From an uncultured Methanosarcinales archaeon (GTDB lineage Archaea; Nanobdellota; Nanobdellia; Woesearchaeales; UBA12501), in the NCBI GenBank assembly GCA_964459835.1, contig CAYWPA010000004.1, positions 7,765 through 71,764 on the forward strand: DNA of 64,000 nt, written 5' to 3'. Under the pieces are notes generated by a model. That model ran no database searches. It worked only from the letters and a program-made list of their open reading frames with translations, and was not told the origin of the DNA. The translations under genes and the position numbers were made by a program. Position 1 is the stretch's first letter. Each line of letters opens with the position of its first letter. Below are positions 25,209 through 34,191 of the stretch, piece by piece.

Positions 25209-25922
25209 ATGGCTGATGCAAAAGAAGACAGAAGAGGGAAATTAGGAGCTGGAACCTCCAGATACTCAGCAGTCATTCCTCCAGCAGAATTTCCGTCAAT
25301 TACCCTTCCAAACAACTCAGGTCTTTATAATCTTGTAGCCAGCAATGAGCTTTGTTCAAAGCCAGATCCAGAAATAGATGGCATAGTTGATGATTTGATT
25401 TCCGGAAAAAGACAAGAAATTGTAATAGGCAGAAAAAATCAAGATATAAATCGTGCAGATGATTTTGTTTCCAGGAGGCATGCAAAGATAATGTATATTT
25501 CAGGGGAGATCCCTGCTGATTTAAAATATCAAATTCATTTATATAAAACTGAGAGCTCTCCAGAGCTTATTCAAAATCATATTGTTACAAGCAAAAATCT
25601 TGAGCTTATGAAACAATGCGATGAAATTGAAAAAGGCATTTATTTTGCAGATTCAAGCGCAAGCGGAGGAATTTTACATGTTGAATTAGGAGAAAGGGTT
25701 AGAAGGTATATTTTTCCAAATCAAGATATACTTTATAACGATCCTCTTCATAGGTTTGTTCCGGTTGTAACAGAAAGGCAGCTGCGTTCAAGATCAAAAG
25801 AAATGAAATTTGCATACGCTTTCGGAGAAGTTCTTGAAATTGATAAAGAAAAGTATCATCACAATATTCTTTGTGTAAAATTAGATTTGGACAAGCTGCG
25901 TGAAACTTTGCAGAGAAAATAA
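25209..25922 (+). CDS. FHA-domain-like protein
   Basis: VIGRKNQDINRADDFVSRRHAKI (GR...SxxH) and a later DSSASGGILHV segment. Start at ATG 25209 rather than the TTG at 25182. Confidence 0.45.
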   Translation: MADAKEDRRGKLGAGTSRYSAVIPPAEFPSITLPNNSGLYNLVASNELCSKPDPEIDGIVDDLISGKRQEIVIGRKNQDINRADDFVSRRHAKIMYISGEIPADLKYQIHLYKTESSPELIQNHIVTSKNLELMKQCDEIEKGIYFADSSASGGILHVELGERVRRYIFPNQDILYNDPLHRFVPVVTERQLRSRSKEMKFAYAFGEVLEIDKEKYHHNILCVKLDLDKLRETLQRK

Positions 25923-26474
25923 TTATTTTTTATGCTTTTCTTCTTTCTTTGCAGCCGACTTTGTCTTTTCATCCTTTTTTGATTCGTGAGTAATAGGCTT
26001 TTCTTTTGAATGCTTTACATGCTCTTCTTTCTTACCTTCTTCTTTCTTTGCATGCGGATGAGGGTATGCATGCGCATGGTGCTCTGATTTATGATGCTCT
26101 TCTTTTTCTTCAGCTTTTTTCTCTGGCTTTGCCCCAAGCTTCTCCTGCAATTTTCCCAAAGGAGTTCCTGCTGCAGGCTTTTTAGCCTCTTTGTCAGCTT
26201 TTGTCAATTCATGGTATTTTTTTCCTGAAATTTCAGCTCTTGCAACACCATCATCTCCTTTAACAACATCAACTTTGATATGGTGGGGAGGATTTCTCAT
26301 CCCATGGTGCCATATTGCATTGTTAAGGTATTTTCCAATAAGGACAGTCTCTGATTTCATATGCCTCTGCAGAAATTCTCTTAGTGCTGTAACTGCTTTT
26401 TTTGCCCTTTTATACTTAGGCACTTTAAGCCATTCTATCCTTAACGGTACGTTGTATGTTCTTTCTAATGCCAT
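25923..26474 (-). CDS. rpl31e: 50S ribosomal protein L31e with a long His/Lys/Glu-rich C-terminal extension
   Basis: ERTYNVPLR...KRAKKAVTALREF...IWHHGMRNPPHHIKV, then about 90 extra residues (EEHHKSEHHAHAYPHPHAKKEE...). Confidence 0.9.
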   Translation of the reverse strand: MALERTYNVPLRIEWLKVPKYKRAKKAVTALREFLQRHMKSETVLIGKYLNNAIWHHGMRNPPHHIKVDVVKGDDGVARAEISGKKYHELTKADKEAKKPAAGTPLGKLQEKLGAKPEKKAEEKEEHHKSEHHAHAYPHPHAKKEEGKKEEHVKHSKEKPITHESKKDEKTKSAAKKEEKHKK

Positions 26475-26476
26475 TT

Positions 26477-26650
26477 TTATGCCTTGGTTTTAGTCCTTCT
26501 CCAGCTTCTCTTGACAAAGGTGTGCCTGCCGGGATGGACTCTTCTTCCTATGCCATATATTTTCGGCACTGTCCAGAAAGGCGCCCATCTAGTTTGCCTG
26601 TTCAGCTTTGTCAGCCTTTTTTTCCTGCTTGGATGCTTGTATCTTGCCAT
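26477..26650 (-). CDS. rpl39e: 50S ribosomal protein L39e (57 aa, not in the ORF track)
   Basis: MARYKHPSRKKRLTKLNRQTRWAPFWTVPKIYGIGRRVHPGRHTFVKRSWRRTKTKA. Its stop lies 2 nt before the rpl31e ATG. Confidence 0.85.
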   Translation of the reverse strand: MARYKHPSRKKRLTKLNRQTRWAPFWTVPKIYGIGRRVHPGRHTFVKRSWRRTKTKA

Positions 26651-26716
26651 TTTTTCTTTTGCTTTTATTTTTTATTTCTTATTTTTTGTTTTTTATCTTA
26701 TTTTTAATTTATTTTT

Positions 26717-27010
26717 TTACCTTCTTGTTATCTTTATATCCTTTTTCTGCGAAAGCATCAGCAAAACCCTCTTCAGTGTTTCGTCGCCAATCTTTTCAAG
26801 CTTTCTGCTTTGCATGACCTGGGCGAGCATGCCTAAAACAGCTATTGCCTTTTCAGGGTCTGCTGCTTTTATGTTTCCATATCTTGTTACTGCTTCCTTA
26901 TCCATCAATTGCTTGACAGACGCTTCAATCATGCTTATCTGATGCTGTATATTTTGATGCTGCTGCAATTCTGAAAGTTTTTTTTGCCTTATCTGCTCTA
27001 GCTCATCCAT
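26717..27010 (-). CDS. PDCD5/TFAR19-family DNA-binding protein
   Basis: LEQIRQKKLSELQ...VTRYGNIKAADPEKA...LKRVL. Conserved position between rps19e and rpl39e. Confidence 0.75.
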   Translation of the reverse strand: MDELEQIRQKKLSELQQHQNIQHQISMIEASVKQLMDKEAVTRYGNIKAADPEKAIAVLGMLAQVMQSRKLEKIGDETLKRVLLMLSQKKDIKITRR

Positions 27011-27019
27011 TTTATTCTT

Positions 27020-27517
27020 TTACTTTTTTACTTCAGCAACAAGCGCTACAGGCTGCTCTTTCTTTACAGCAAGTTCTGTATGCTTTTTTGCAACCTGTGA
27101 AAGCTCTTTTGCAGCCTTTGCAAGGTATGCTTTTCCTTTTCCTGTTAGTACTCTTCCCTTGTGTAGGCCTATCTGCCTTTGCTCAATAAGCTTTGCTGCT
27201 TCCAGCTGCTGCAAAACTTTTCTTATTATGCTTCCTGATCCTCTGTAAAACTTATCCGGCTTGTGGCCTCTGTTTTTCCTTCCGCCATATTTTGTCCTTA
27301 GCTTTGAAACTCCAATAGGCCCAAGCTTTTCAATTGACTTTAATATAGCTGCAGCCCTGCTATACCACCAGTCGTTTGATATTGGAGGCCTTTCCTTGTG
27401 CATGCCTGTTTTTACATAGGCAGACCATTCAGGAGGCTTGATTAGGTTGTCAGCCTTAAGGCTCTCTGCTGTTCTTTCTATTAACCTGTTTATAGGTACG
27501 TCATTTATTCCTACCAT
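27020..27517 (-). CDS. rps19e: 30S ribosomal protein S19e
   Basis: PEWSAYVKTGMHKERPP...DWWYSRAAAILK...GGRKNRG. Confidence 0.93.
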   Translation of the reverse strand: MVGINDVPINRLIERTAESLKADNLIKPPEWSAYVKTGMHKERPPISNDWWYSRAAAILKSIEKLGPIGVSKLRTKYGGRKNRGHKPDKFYRGSGSIIRKVLQQLEAAKLIEQRQIGLHKGRVLTGKGKAYLAKAAKELSQVAKKHTELAVKKEQPVALVAEVKK

Positions 27518-27750
27518 TTTTTATTATACTCAATTGTTATTGTATTATTTGCCTTTTCAGGCTACGATGGGCAAAACATTGCCTCAGACGCTTTTACAAG
27601 CTCTATTTTAGTGGAATTACAGCTCATTTATAAAGGTTTTTATCGGCTTTTGAGTAATATGATATATAGAAAATAATTATGCGCTATTTTGAAACTTGTA
27701 TATGGTGAAGTATAACAAACCTTTAAATATCATTTTGATTTTCTTTTTTT

Positions 27751-28644
27751 ATGGCCAACAATAAAATCTTCACTCCTGGCGGGCAGGCTGTTGTAGAAGG
27801 GGTTCTCATGAGGAGCATGAAAAATATGGCTGTTGCAGTGAGGAAGCCAAACGGCCAGATAGCTGTAAAGAAAAGAAAAATCCATTCTTTAAGGGACAAG
27901 TACAAAGTGCTTAACCTGCCTTTTATAAGAGGCATTCTAAACATGGTTGAAATGCTGACTATTGGAGTAAGGGAGCTGAACTATTCTGCAAACATGGCTA
28001 TGGACGAAGAGGAGGAAGAGCTCGGAGCCATGGAGCTGATTGGCAGCTTGGCACTGGCATTTATTTTTGCAATAGGGATGTTCAAGTTTGTCCCTTTGCT
28101 GCTTGCAGAATTTGCTTCAAGAAGGTTTGCGTTTGTTGAAGAAAATTATATCATGTTCAACCTTATTGATGGCATAGCTAAAATAACCCTGTTCATTCTT
28201 TACATATACATAATATCATTTATGAAAGATGTCAAAAGATTATTTGAATATCACGGAGCAGAGCATAAGACTGTTTACTGCTACGAAGCAAGGCAGAAGC
28301 TTACGGCAAAAAATATAAGGAAATTCCCTACTCAGCACCCAAGATGCGGAACAAGCTTTATCATAATTGTTCTGCTGCTAAGCATTTTTGTTTATACTTT
28401 TATTCCACAATCTCTTGGCTTCTGGACAAAGCTTTCATTAAGAATCCTGCTTCTTCCTATCATCGCAGGAATTTCTTATGAGCTATTGAAGTTCAGCGCA
28501 AAGTACACTGACAATATTTTCGTTGGCCTTCTGTCTGCGCCTGGATTGTTGATACAGAAAATAACAACAAAAGAGCCTGATGAAAATCAGATAGAGGTTG
28601 CAAAGAAAGCCCTTGAAGGAGTCTTGAGCATGGAAAATCAGTAA
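27751..28644 (+). CDS. DUF1385-family membrane protein
   Basis: PGGQAVVEGVLMRS N-terminus, GAEHK motif, four C-terminal TM helices. Confidence 0.7.
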   Translation: MANNKIFTPGGQAVVEGVLMRSMKNMAVAVRKPNGQIAVKKRKIHSLRDKYKVLNLPFIRGILNMVEMLTIGVRELNYSANMAMDEEEEELGAMELIGSLALAFIFAIGMFKFVPLLLAEFASRRFAFVEENYIMFNLIDGIAKITLFILYIYIISFMKDVKRLFEYHGAEHKTVYCYEARQKLTAKNIRKFPTQHPRCGTSFIIIVLLLSIFVYTFIPQSLGFWTKLSLRILLLPIIAGISYELLKFSAKYTDNIFVGLLSAPGLLIQKITTKEPDENQIEVAKKALEGVLSMENQ

Positions 28645-28686
28645 AAACCAAAATGATATAAATAACTACTTAATACTCGTAATAAA

Positions 28687-29289
28687 ATGAAAACAAAACT
28701 TATGCATGAGTATGCTGTAGGGAATATCCATGCTATCACAATAGGAAACTTAAAAAGTAATGTAGAAAGAACTTTTGATTTAAAAAAAGCCCTATCATCT
28801 TATTCTAAAAGAAGAGCGGGGAATACTTCGTTAATAGTATTGCCTGAGGTTATTGGTGTTTATCGAAGAATAATAATGGGGGTTAATTTTAGTCCAGAAA
28901 GTGATATGGAACAAGCTTTAGAAGAAAGTGATGAGGATACTTTAGGGATACACTTAAGTCTTAACGTACAAGATAAACCCAGGATTGACCCAAATTTAGT
29001 CCAAGTTGGTTATGATTATGAATTATTCAAGTTAAATTTTATCATAGACTTCTTAGGGTATGAAAGTAACAGAATGATAGTTGTACCTTATCAACAACTT
29101 AAACCTGCAGGAGAAGATTTGTTAAAATACTCAGAATTGACATACAGAAGATTAGGTGATGTATTGAAGGGCAAGCAGCCCACAAAAGAAGATAGAGGTA
29201 TATATTTAAATTTGGTAAAAAGAATGCTACAAACTGAAGGCTTAATGAGACCTGAATTTGATATGTTTATGAATAGTGAAGCACATTAA
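28687..29289 (+). CDS. Hypothetical protein (200 aa), atypical codon usage
   Basis: Intact ORF. TTA makes up 14 of 24 Leu codons by hand count, unlike neighbouring core genes. Confidence 0.55.
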   Translation: MKTKLMHEYAVGNIHAITIGNLKSNVERTFDLKKALSSYSKRRAGNTSLIVLPEVIGVYRRIIMGVNFSPESDMEQALEESDEDTLGIHLSLNVQDKPRIDPNLVQVGYDYELFKLNFIIDFLGYESNRMIVVPYQQLKPAGEDLLKYSELTYRRLGDVLKGKQPTKEDRGIYLNLVKRMLQTEGLMRPEFDMFMNSEAH

Positions 29290-29296
29290 CAATAAG

Positions 29297-30187
29297 TTAC
29301 TTGCTTTCTAAATCATTTATCCTCTTCAGAAGCTGGTTCTTTTCCTCAAGCAAGGCAATCTTCTCCTGGAATAATTCGTCCCTATCCCTTTGTAAAGTGT
29401 CTGCCCTTGCTTTTTCTGCTTCGTAATTTTCCTTGTATTCTTCAAAGCTAGCCCTGTACCCTTCCTCATTCTTTTTTGTTATTGTCAAGTCAGCAGTGCA
29501 TTGGTTAAGAGAGGCTTTTGTTGTGCTTAAATTCTCTTTCAGCATTGCATTCTCTTCTTTAAATTCAAATAAAGTATGATTAGTTGCATTTAATGCAAGC
29601 AAGGTTATCTTAAAGCTGTTTTTATAAAATTCCAGCTCTTCGTCTATTGTTGTAAAATTAGGGGGGATTATCTCAATGCTTTCATATATATTTTGCAAAG
29701 TCGGCCTTGTCAGCTCAAACTCCTCTAAACTTAACACGATTTTTGGCGGATATAGGTTTGCTGTGTTGAAAACTGCTATAAGTATGCTTAGCACAGCTAT
29801 CGCATAGATTTTTTCCTTGACATTCTGGCTTCTCACCATATGGATAAGAAAGATGATTTCTGCCTTGTATGCTATTCTTTCTAATGCTGTTGCAGTCATC
29901 TTATGGGTTCTTATTATTGATTTTTCAGCCTCTTCAATAAGGTATTTTAATTCAGGGAAATGCTCCTCTACATCTTCAAGCCTGAATTGCTTAATTTTTT
30001 TATAGCACTGCCTTAGAAAATAGATTATTGCAGGAGCCAATGAAACATAGTATTTGAAGCCAAAGAAAGACAATACAAAGTGCAGAAGCAAGAATAAGAC
30101 AGCAGAGCCAAGGAACTGGTTTAGTACCAATGCCTTAATAGCCTCTTTTTTGACCTTTTTATGAAGAATTTCCAGTTCTTCCATCAT
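29297..30187 (-). CDS. Membrane protein with a C-terminal coiled coil
   Basis: Three TM segments, then a heptad-rich tail (ARADTLQRDRDELFQEKIALLEEKNQLL). Confidence 0.55.
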   Translation of the reverse strand: MMEELEILHKKVKKEAIKALVLNQFLGSAVLFLLLHFVLSFFGFKYYVSLAPAIIYFLRQCYKKIKQFRLEDVEEHFPELKYLIEEAEKSIIRTHKMTATALERIAYKAEIIFLIHMVRSQNVKEKIYAIAVLSILIAVFNTANLYPPKIVLSLEEFELTRPTLQNIYESIEIIPPNFTTIDEELEFYKNSFKITLLALNATNHTLFEFKEENAMLKENLSTTKASLNQCTADLTITKKNEEGYRASFEEYKENYEAEKARADTLQRDRDELFQEKIALLEEKNQLLKRINDLESK

Positions 30188-30276
30188 GCACCTCTTTTTG
30201 CTGTTTAAGGCAATTCTCTTTAAAAATTTACCGTTGGACGGGAAAATTTATATAATATTGCTGTTTTGCTGTACTT

Positions 30277-30666
30277 ATGAACAAATGGATTATTTTGATG
30301 ATGGTTTTTGTTGTTTTATTATCTTCTTGTACAGATAAAGAAGCAACAGAAGAAATTGAAAAATCAGAACAAAAAACAGCTGAAGAAAAACAAGTTGTAG
30401 TAAAGGCAGAGCCATCATCAGCAACTGTTGCCATAATAAACAACCAGTTTGTTCCTGCAACTTTGACTGTAAAGCCAGGCACAGAAGTTGTCTGGGTAAA
30501 CAAAGATGCAATAAGTCATTTGATCATTTCTGACGGCGATGAAATGTTTGATTCAACAACGCTTGACAGGGAAAAAAGCCACTCGTATGTTTTTGAGAAT
30601 TCCGGAGAATACAAGTATCACGATGGCTTCAAGCCTTTAGTTAAAGGAAGCATTATTGTTAAATAG
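30277..30666 (+). CDS. Cupredoxin-fold lipoprotein with a non-canonical metal site
   Basis: Lipobox LLSSC. FVPATLTVKPGTEVVWVNKDAISH...GEYKYHDGFKPLVKGSIIV, where the usual C..H..M ligands are not all present. Confidence 0.55.
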   Translation: MNKWIILMMVFVVLLSSCTDKEATEEIEKSEQKTAEEKQVVVKAEPSSATVAIINNQFVPATLTVKPGTEVVWVNKDAISHLIISDGDEMFDSTTLDREKSHSYVFENSGEYKYHDGFKPLVKGSIIVK

Positions 30667-31272
30667 ATCATCTAATTCTAGGATAATTGGCGCAGAATTA
30701 ATAAGAGCTAAACCACCACCAAGATAGTGGCTTACCCAGCCTCCTAATTCTTCACCAGTTTCACCTTTTTCTTCTAAATGCTTTGCTATATTTTGTTTTC
30801 TTTCTATAACATCTTTATAGGCTCTGACAAAGTTTATTACTGAATGCATATCTTTTTTAATTATCTCTCTTGCTTTATCAGAATAAACTTTACGTATGTT
30901 CTCATCACCTAGCTGTTTATTTTTTGCATCTTCTGTTGAATCAACAAAAGCTTTGTATAAATATTGTCTTGTTGATAAGCCGTCAAATAAATCATTATTT
31001 CCATTCACTGAACGCAATAAGTAGTTAAAAATAACTTCAGCAAAAGAGGCAGCTGGCAAAGTTTTTTCTCCTTTTCTTAAATTTTCATCTATTGCTAAAT
31101 TTACAATGTAGGTCATATCTTCATTGTCTAAAGAATATTCTTTACCCCTAATATGTGTTCTTATGGCTTTAGCATCAAAAATGCTTCCATCATACCCTTC
31201 CAAAGCCTTTTCTAGTGGTTCCATAAGGCTTACTAGCCTTATTTCTTTATAAATTTTTCTATTTTTTACCAC
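30637..31272 (-). CDS. Hypothetical protein (211 aa)
   Basis: Intact ORF. GTG start is uncertain (alternative Met 16 codons downstream). 30-nt convergent overlap with 30277..30666. Confidence 0.5.
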   Translation of the reverse strand: MVKNRKIYKEIRLVSLMEPLEKALEGYDGSIFDAKAIRTHIRGKEYSLDNEDMTYIVNLAIDENLRKGEKTLPAASFAEVIFNYLLRSVNGNNDLFDGLSTRQYLYKAFVDSTEDAKNKQLGDENIRKVYSDKAREIIKKDMHSVINFVRAYKDVIERKQNIAKHLEEKGETGEELGGWVSHYLGGGLALINSAPIILELDDLFNNNASFN

Positions 31273-31374
31273 TATTTAGTGACTTATATAAATTTTGAGC
31301 AAAACCTTTTATAAAACAAAAAACATAAGGTATATAGGGTGTAAAAGCAAACCGATGTACTTGCTCTTGAAAAA

Positions 31375-31740
31375 ATGGCCAAAAGATATACAGTAATGGT
31401 GGTTGATGATAATGAGAATTTTAGATGGGTAATTAAAAGGCAGCTTTGCCAGCTAGGCTATTGCGCAATAACAGCATATAGTGGCGAAGATGCTGTGGAA
31501 AAATACAAAGCTATTTACATTGATGTAGTATTGATGGACTTAAACATGGGAGGGATAAACGGCAAAGAAGCACAGAGAAAGCTTCTAGAGATAGACCCAA
31601 AAGTAAAGACAATTGTTTGTTCTGGCTCGCAATTTGATATTGAACAAGAAAGAGAGCTTGGGTTTGTTGCTTACCTTCCAAAAATTCATGAAACAGAAAC
31701 TCTTGAAAGAATGTTAAAGGATGTATTAGGAAAACAATAA
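31375..31740 (+). CDS. Stand-alone response regulator receiver (CheY-like)
   Basis: VVDDNE, phospho-acceptor context VLMDLNMGG, conserved S/T (CSGS) and K (YLPK). Confidence 0.8.
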   Translation: MAKRYTVMVVDDNENFRWVIKRQLCQLGYCAITAYSGEDAVEKYKAIYIDVVLMDLNMGGINGKEAQRKLLEIDPKVKTIVCSGSQFDIEQERELGFVAYLPKIHETETLERMLKDVLGKQ

Positions 31741-31783
31741 AGAATATTAAGCTAAACACAGCAACAACCAAAACAACCAACAA

Positions 31784-31799
31784 AAACCTTTATATATCC
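31784..31799 (+). promoter_or_regulatory. BRE/TATA-like box upstream of glmS
   Basis: AAACCTTTATATATCC lies about 25 nt upstream of the ATG at 31819. Confidence 0.45.
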
Positions 31800-31818
31800 T
31801 ATAAAAAAAGTTCTACTT

Positions 31819-33546
31819 ATGTGCGGAATCATAGGTTATGTTGGAGAAAGAGAGGCATATGATATTCTCATCAAAGGGCTTAAAAGGCTGGAGTACAGAG
31901 GGTATGATTCTGCAGGCATAGCAACGCTGCACAATGGGATTCAGCTTGAAAAAGTTGTAGGGAGAGTAAGCAACCTGAAGAAAAGGCTTGAAGGGAACAT
32001 TGGAATAGGGCATACACGATGGGCTACACACGGAAAACCGACAAAAGTAAATGCGCATCCACATTTGGATGAGAAAAAAAGCCTAGCTATCGTGCATAAT
32101 GGAATTATAGAAAACTATCTCAAGCTTAAGGAAAGGCTCAAAGGCCATAAATTCAAGTCAGAGACAGATTCAGAAGTGATTGCCCATATTCTTTCTGAAA
32201 ACTACAAAGGAAACCTAAAAGAGGCTGTGATAAAAACAGTAAAGCAGCTTAAAGGAGCATATGCTTTTGCAGCAATTCACAAAAGCAAAAAAGAAATTGT
32301 TGTTGCAAGAAATGGATGCCCTGTTGTCATAGGCCTCGGAAAAAATGAGAATTTCATAGGAAGCGACGCATCTGCTTTTATTGGCCATACAAAAAAAGCC
32401 ATTTTCATAGATGACATGGAAATTGCTGTCCTGAAAGATGATTCTGTCAGCGTTTTTAATTTTAAAGGGGGCAAAAAGAAGAAAAAGGTAAAGACAATAG
32501 ACATGGATGTCATCACAGCACAAAGGCAGGGATATAAGCATTTCATGCTCAAAGAAATCATGGAGCAGCATGAAATCATAAGGGACACTCTTAAAGTAGA
32601 TATATCTCCTAAAATAGACTTAAGGCAGGCAAAAAATATCTACATAACTGCATGCGGCACAGCATTCCATGCAGGGCTTGTTGGAAAATACATCATAGAA
32701 AAGACATGCAAAAAACCTGTTTTTGCTGAAGTGGCTTCTGAATTCAGGTACAGGGAGCCATTGATAGGAAAAAATGATGTGCTTATTGCAATCTCTCAGT
32801 CAGGAGAAACAGCTGATACACTTGCTGCTGTGAGGCTTGCAAAGAAGAAAGGGGCAAAAGTTCTTGCAGTAGTGAATATTGTCAACTCCACCATAGCAAG
32901 GGAATCACATGATACGATTTATACAAGAGCAGGCCCTGAGATAAGCGTTGCTTCAACAAAAGCCTTTATTTCACAGCTTATAATAATGTACAAAATAGCT
33001 GAATATTTGTCTGGAATAAAGTTCGGAATGCAGAATATTGCAAAGCTTTCCAAAACAATACTAAACAATGACAGGAAAATAAGGAACATTGCTGAAAAGT
33101 ACTTTAAGGTTTACAATTTCATGTATATCGGAAGGACAATCAACTATCCTATCGCTCTTGAAGGTGCTTTGAAGCTTAAAGAGATATCTTATATACATGC
33201 TGAAGGCTATGCTGCAGGGGAATTAAAGCACGGCCCTCTTGCATTGGTAACAGATGAAGTCCCGACTGTTGCAATTATTCCAAAAGACAAGACTTATGAA
33301 AAAATGTTCAGCAATATTGAAGAGATAAAAGCAAGGGGAGGAAAAATTATTTCAATCGCAACTGCAGGGGATAAAAAAATCAGGAAAATATCAGACGATG
33401 TTATTTACATTCCAAAGGTAAATGAGATGCTTTACCCTATTCTTGCAGTGATTCCGTTGCAGCTTTTGGCTTACTATATTGCAGACCACAGGGAATGCGA
33501 CATAGACAAGCCAAGAAACCTTGCAAAGTCAGTTACAGTAGAATGA
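31819..33546 (+). CDS. glmS: Glutamine--fructose-6-phosphate aminotransferase
   Basis: MCGIIGY N-terminal nucleophile, two SIS domains, C-terminal ...KSVTVE. Confidence 0.97.
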   Translation: MCGIIGYVGEREAYDILIKGLKRLEYRGYDSAGIATLHNGIQLEKVVGRVSNLKKRLEGNIGIGHTRWATHGKPTKVNAHPHLDEKKSLAIVHNGIIENYLKLKERLKGHKFKSETDSEVIAHILSENYKGNLKEAVIKTVKQLKGAYAFAAIHKSKKEIVVARNGCPVVIGLGKNENFIGSDASAFIGHTKKAIFIDDMEIAVLKDDSVSVFNFKGGKKKKKVKTIDMDVITAQRQGYKHFMLKEIMEQHEIIRDTLKVDISPKIDLRQAKNIYITACGTAFHAGLVGKYIIEKTCKKPVFAEVASEFRYREPLIGKNDVLIAISQSGETADTLAAVRLAKKKGAKVLAVVNIVNSTIARESHDTIYTRAGPEISVASTKAFISQLIIMYKIAEYLSGIKFGMQNIAKLSKTILNNDRKIRNIAEKYFKVYNFMYIGRTINYPIALEGALKLKEISYIHAEGYAAGELKHGPLALVTDEVPTVAIIPKDKTYEKMFSNIEEIKARGGKIISIATAGDKKIRKISDDVIYIPKVNEMLYPILAVIPLQLLAYYIADHRECDIDKPRNLAKSVTVE

Positions 33547-33572
33547 TTGTTTATAATTACTTGTTATTATAA

Positions 33573-34190
33573 TTATTTTATATTGCCCAGATAAGAAATA
33601 TGATCCATAAGCTCTTTTAACTCTTCAATTTCTGCATCAATTTCAAAGCCAAGCTTTAGCTCTTTCTTAATATCTTCCAAATTTTTCTCTTCATCTTTTG
33701 TTATCTTTCTTATTATATTAACCAAATCCTCCCTATAATTCCATGGGAAAATTATCCAAGTCCATTCCCTTTCCTCTCCATAGAAATCAGGGGCATATTT
33801 TGACGTGTTTACATGGTAGATTGCAATAGTTTTCACGGCATTAGGATTAAGCTTTTTTATGCTTTCCAGGGCAAGCTCCATACTCTGCCCTGTATCTGTG
33901 ATATCATCAACAATAAGGACTTTTTTCCCTGTTAAATCTTTATTTAGCTCATGGGTTATCTTTGCTTTCCCGTCTTTTGTTGCTGTCAATCCCCAATGGT
34001 CTGCCTTCATGGAGTAAACATCTTTGACATGGAGAAAATCGCTCAATAGCCTTGCAGGCACTAATCCTCCTCTTGCTATTGCAACAATAGTGTCAGGATG
34101 AAAATCGCTCTTTTTTATCTTGTCAGCAGCCCTTTTTGTAACAATATGTATTTCGTGCCAGCTTGGTATTACGCATTTGAATTTGTCCAT
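33573..34190 (-). CDS. Purine phosphoribosyltransferase (Gpt/Hpt-like)
   Basis: PRPP-binding loop VLIVDDITDTGQSM. Confidence 0.75.
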   Translation of the reverse strand: MDKFKCVIPSWHEIHIVTKRAADKIKKSDFHPDTIVAIARGGLVPARLLSDFLHVKDVYSMKADHWGLTATKDGKAKITHELNKDLTGKKVLIVDDITDTGQSMELALESIKKLNPNAVKTIAIYHVNTSKYAPDFYGEEREWTWIIFPWNYREDLVNIIRKITKDEEKNLEDIKKELKLGFEIDAEIEELKELMDHISYLGNIK

Positions 34191-34191
34191 T

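Noticed and set aside
26456-26942. Plus-strand ORFs of 83-152 aa
   Set aside because: They are antisense to rpl39e and the PDCD5-like gene and run through a T-rich spacer. Their Phe/Leu-rich products are compositional artefacts.
27518-27750. 233-nt intergenic region upstream of rps19e/DUF1385 examined for a C/D or H/ACA sRNA
   Set aside because: There is only a weak 6-bp hairpin (TTTGCC...GGCAAA) and TATA-like boxes. It has no C/D boxes or ACA motif with appropriate spacing, and it is AT-rich.
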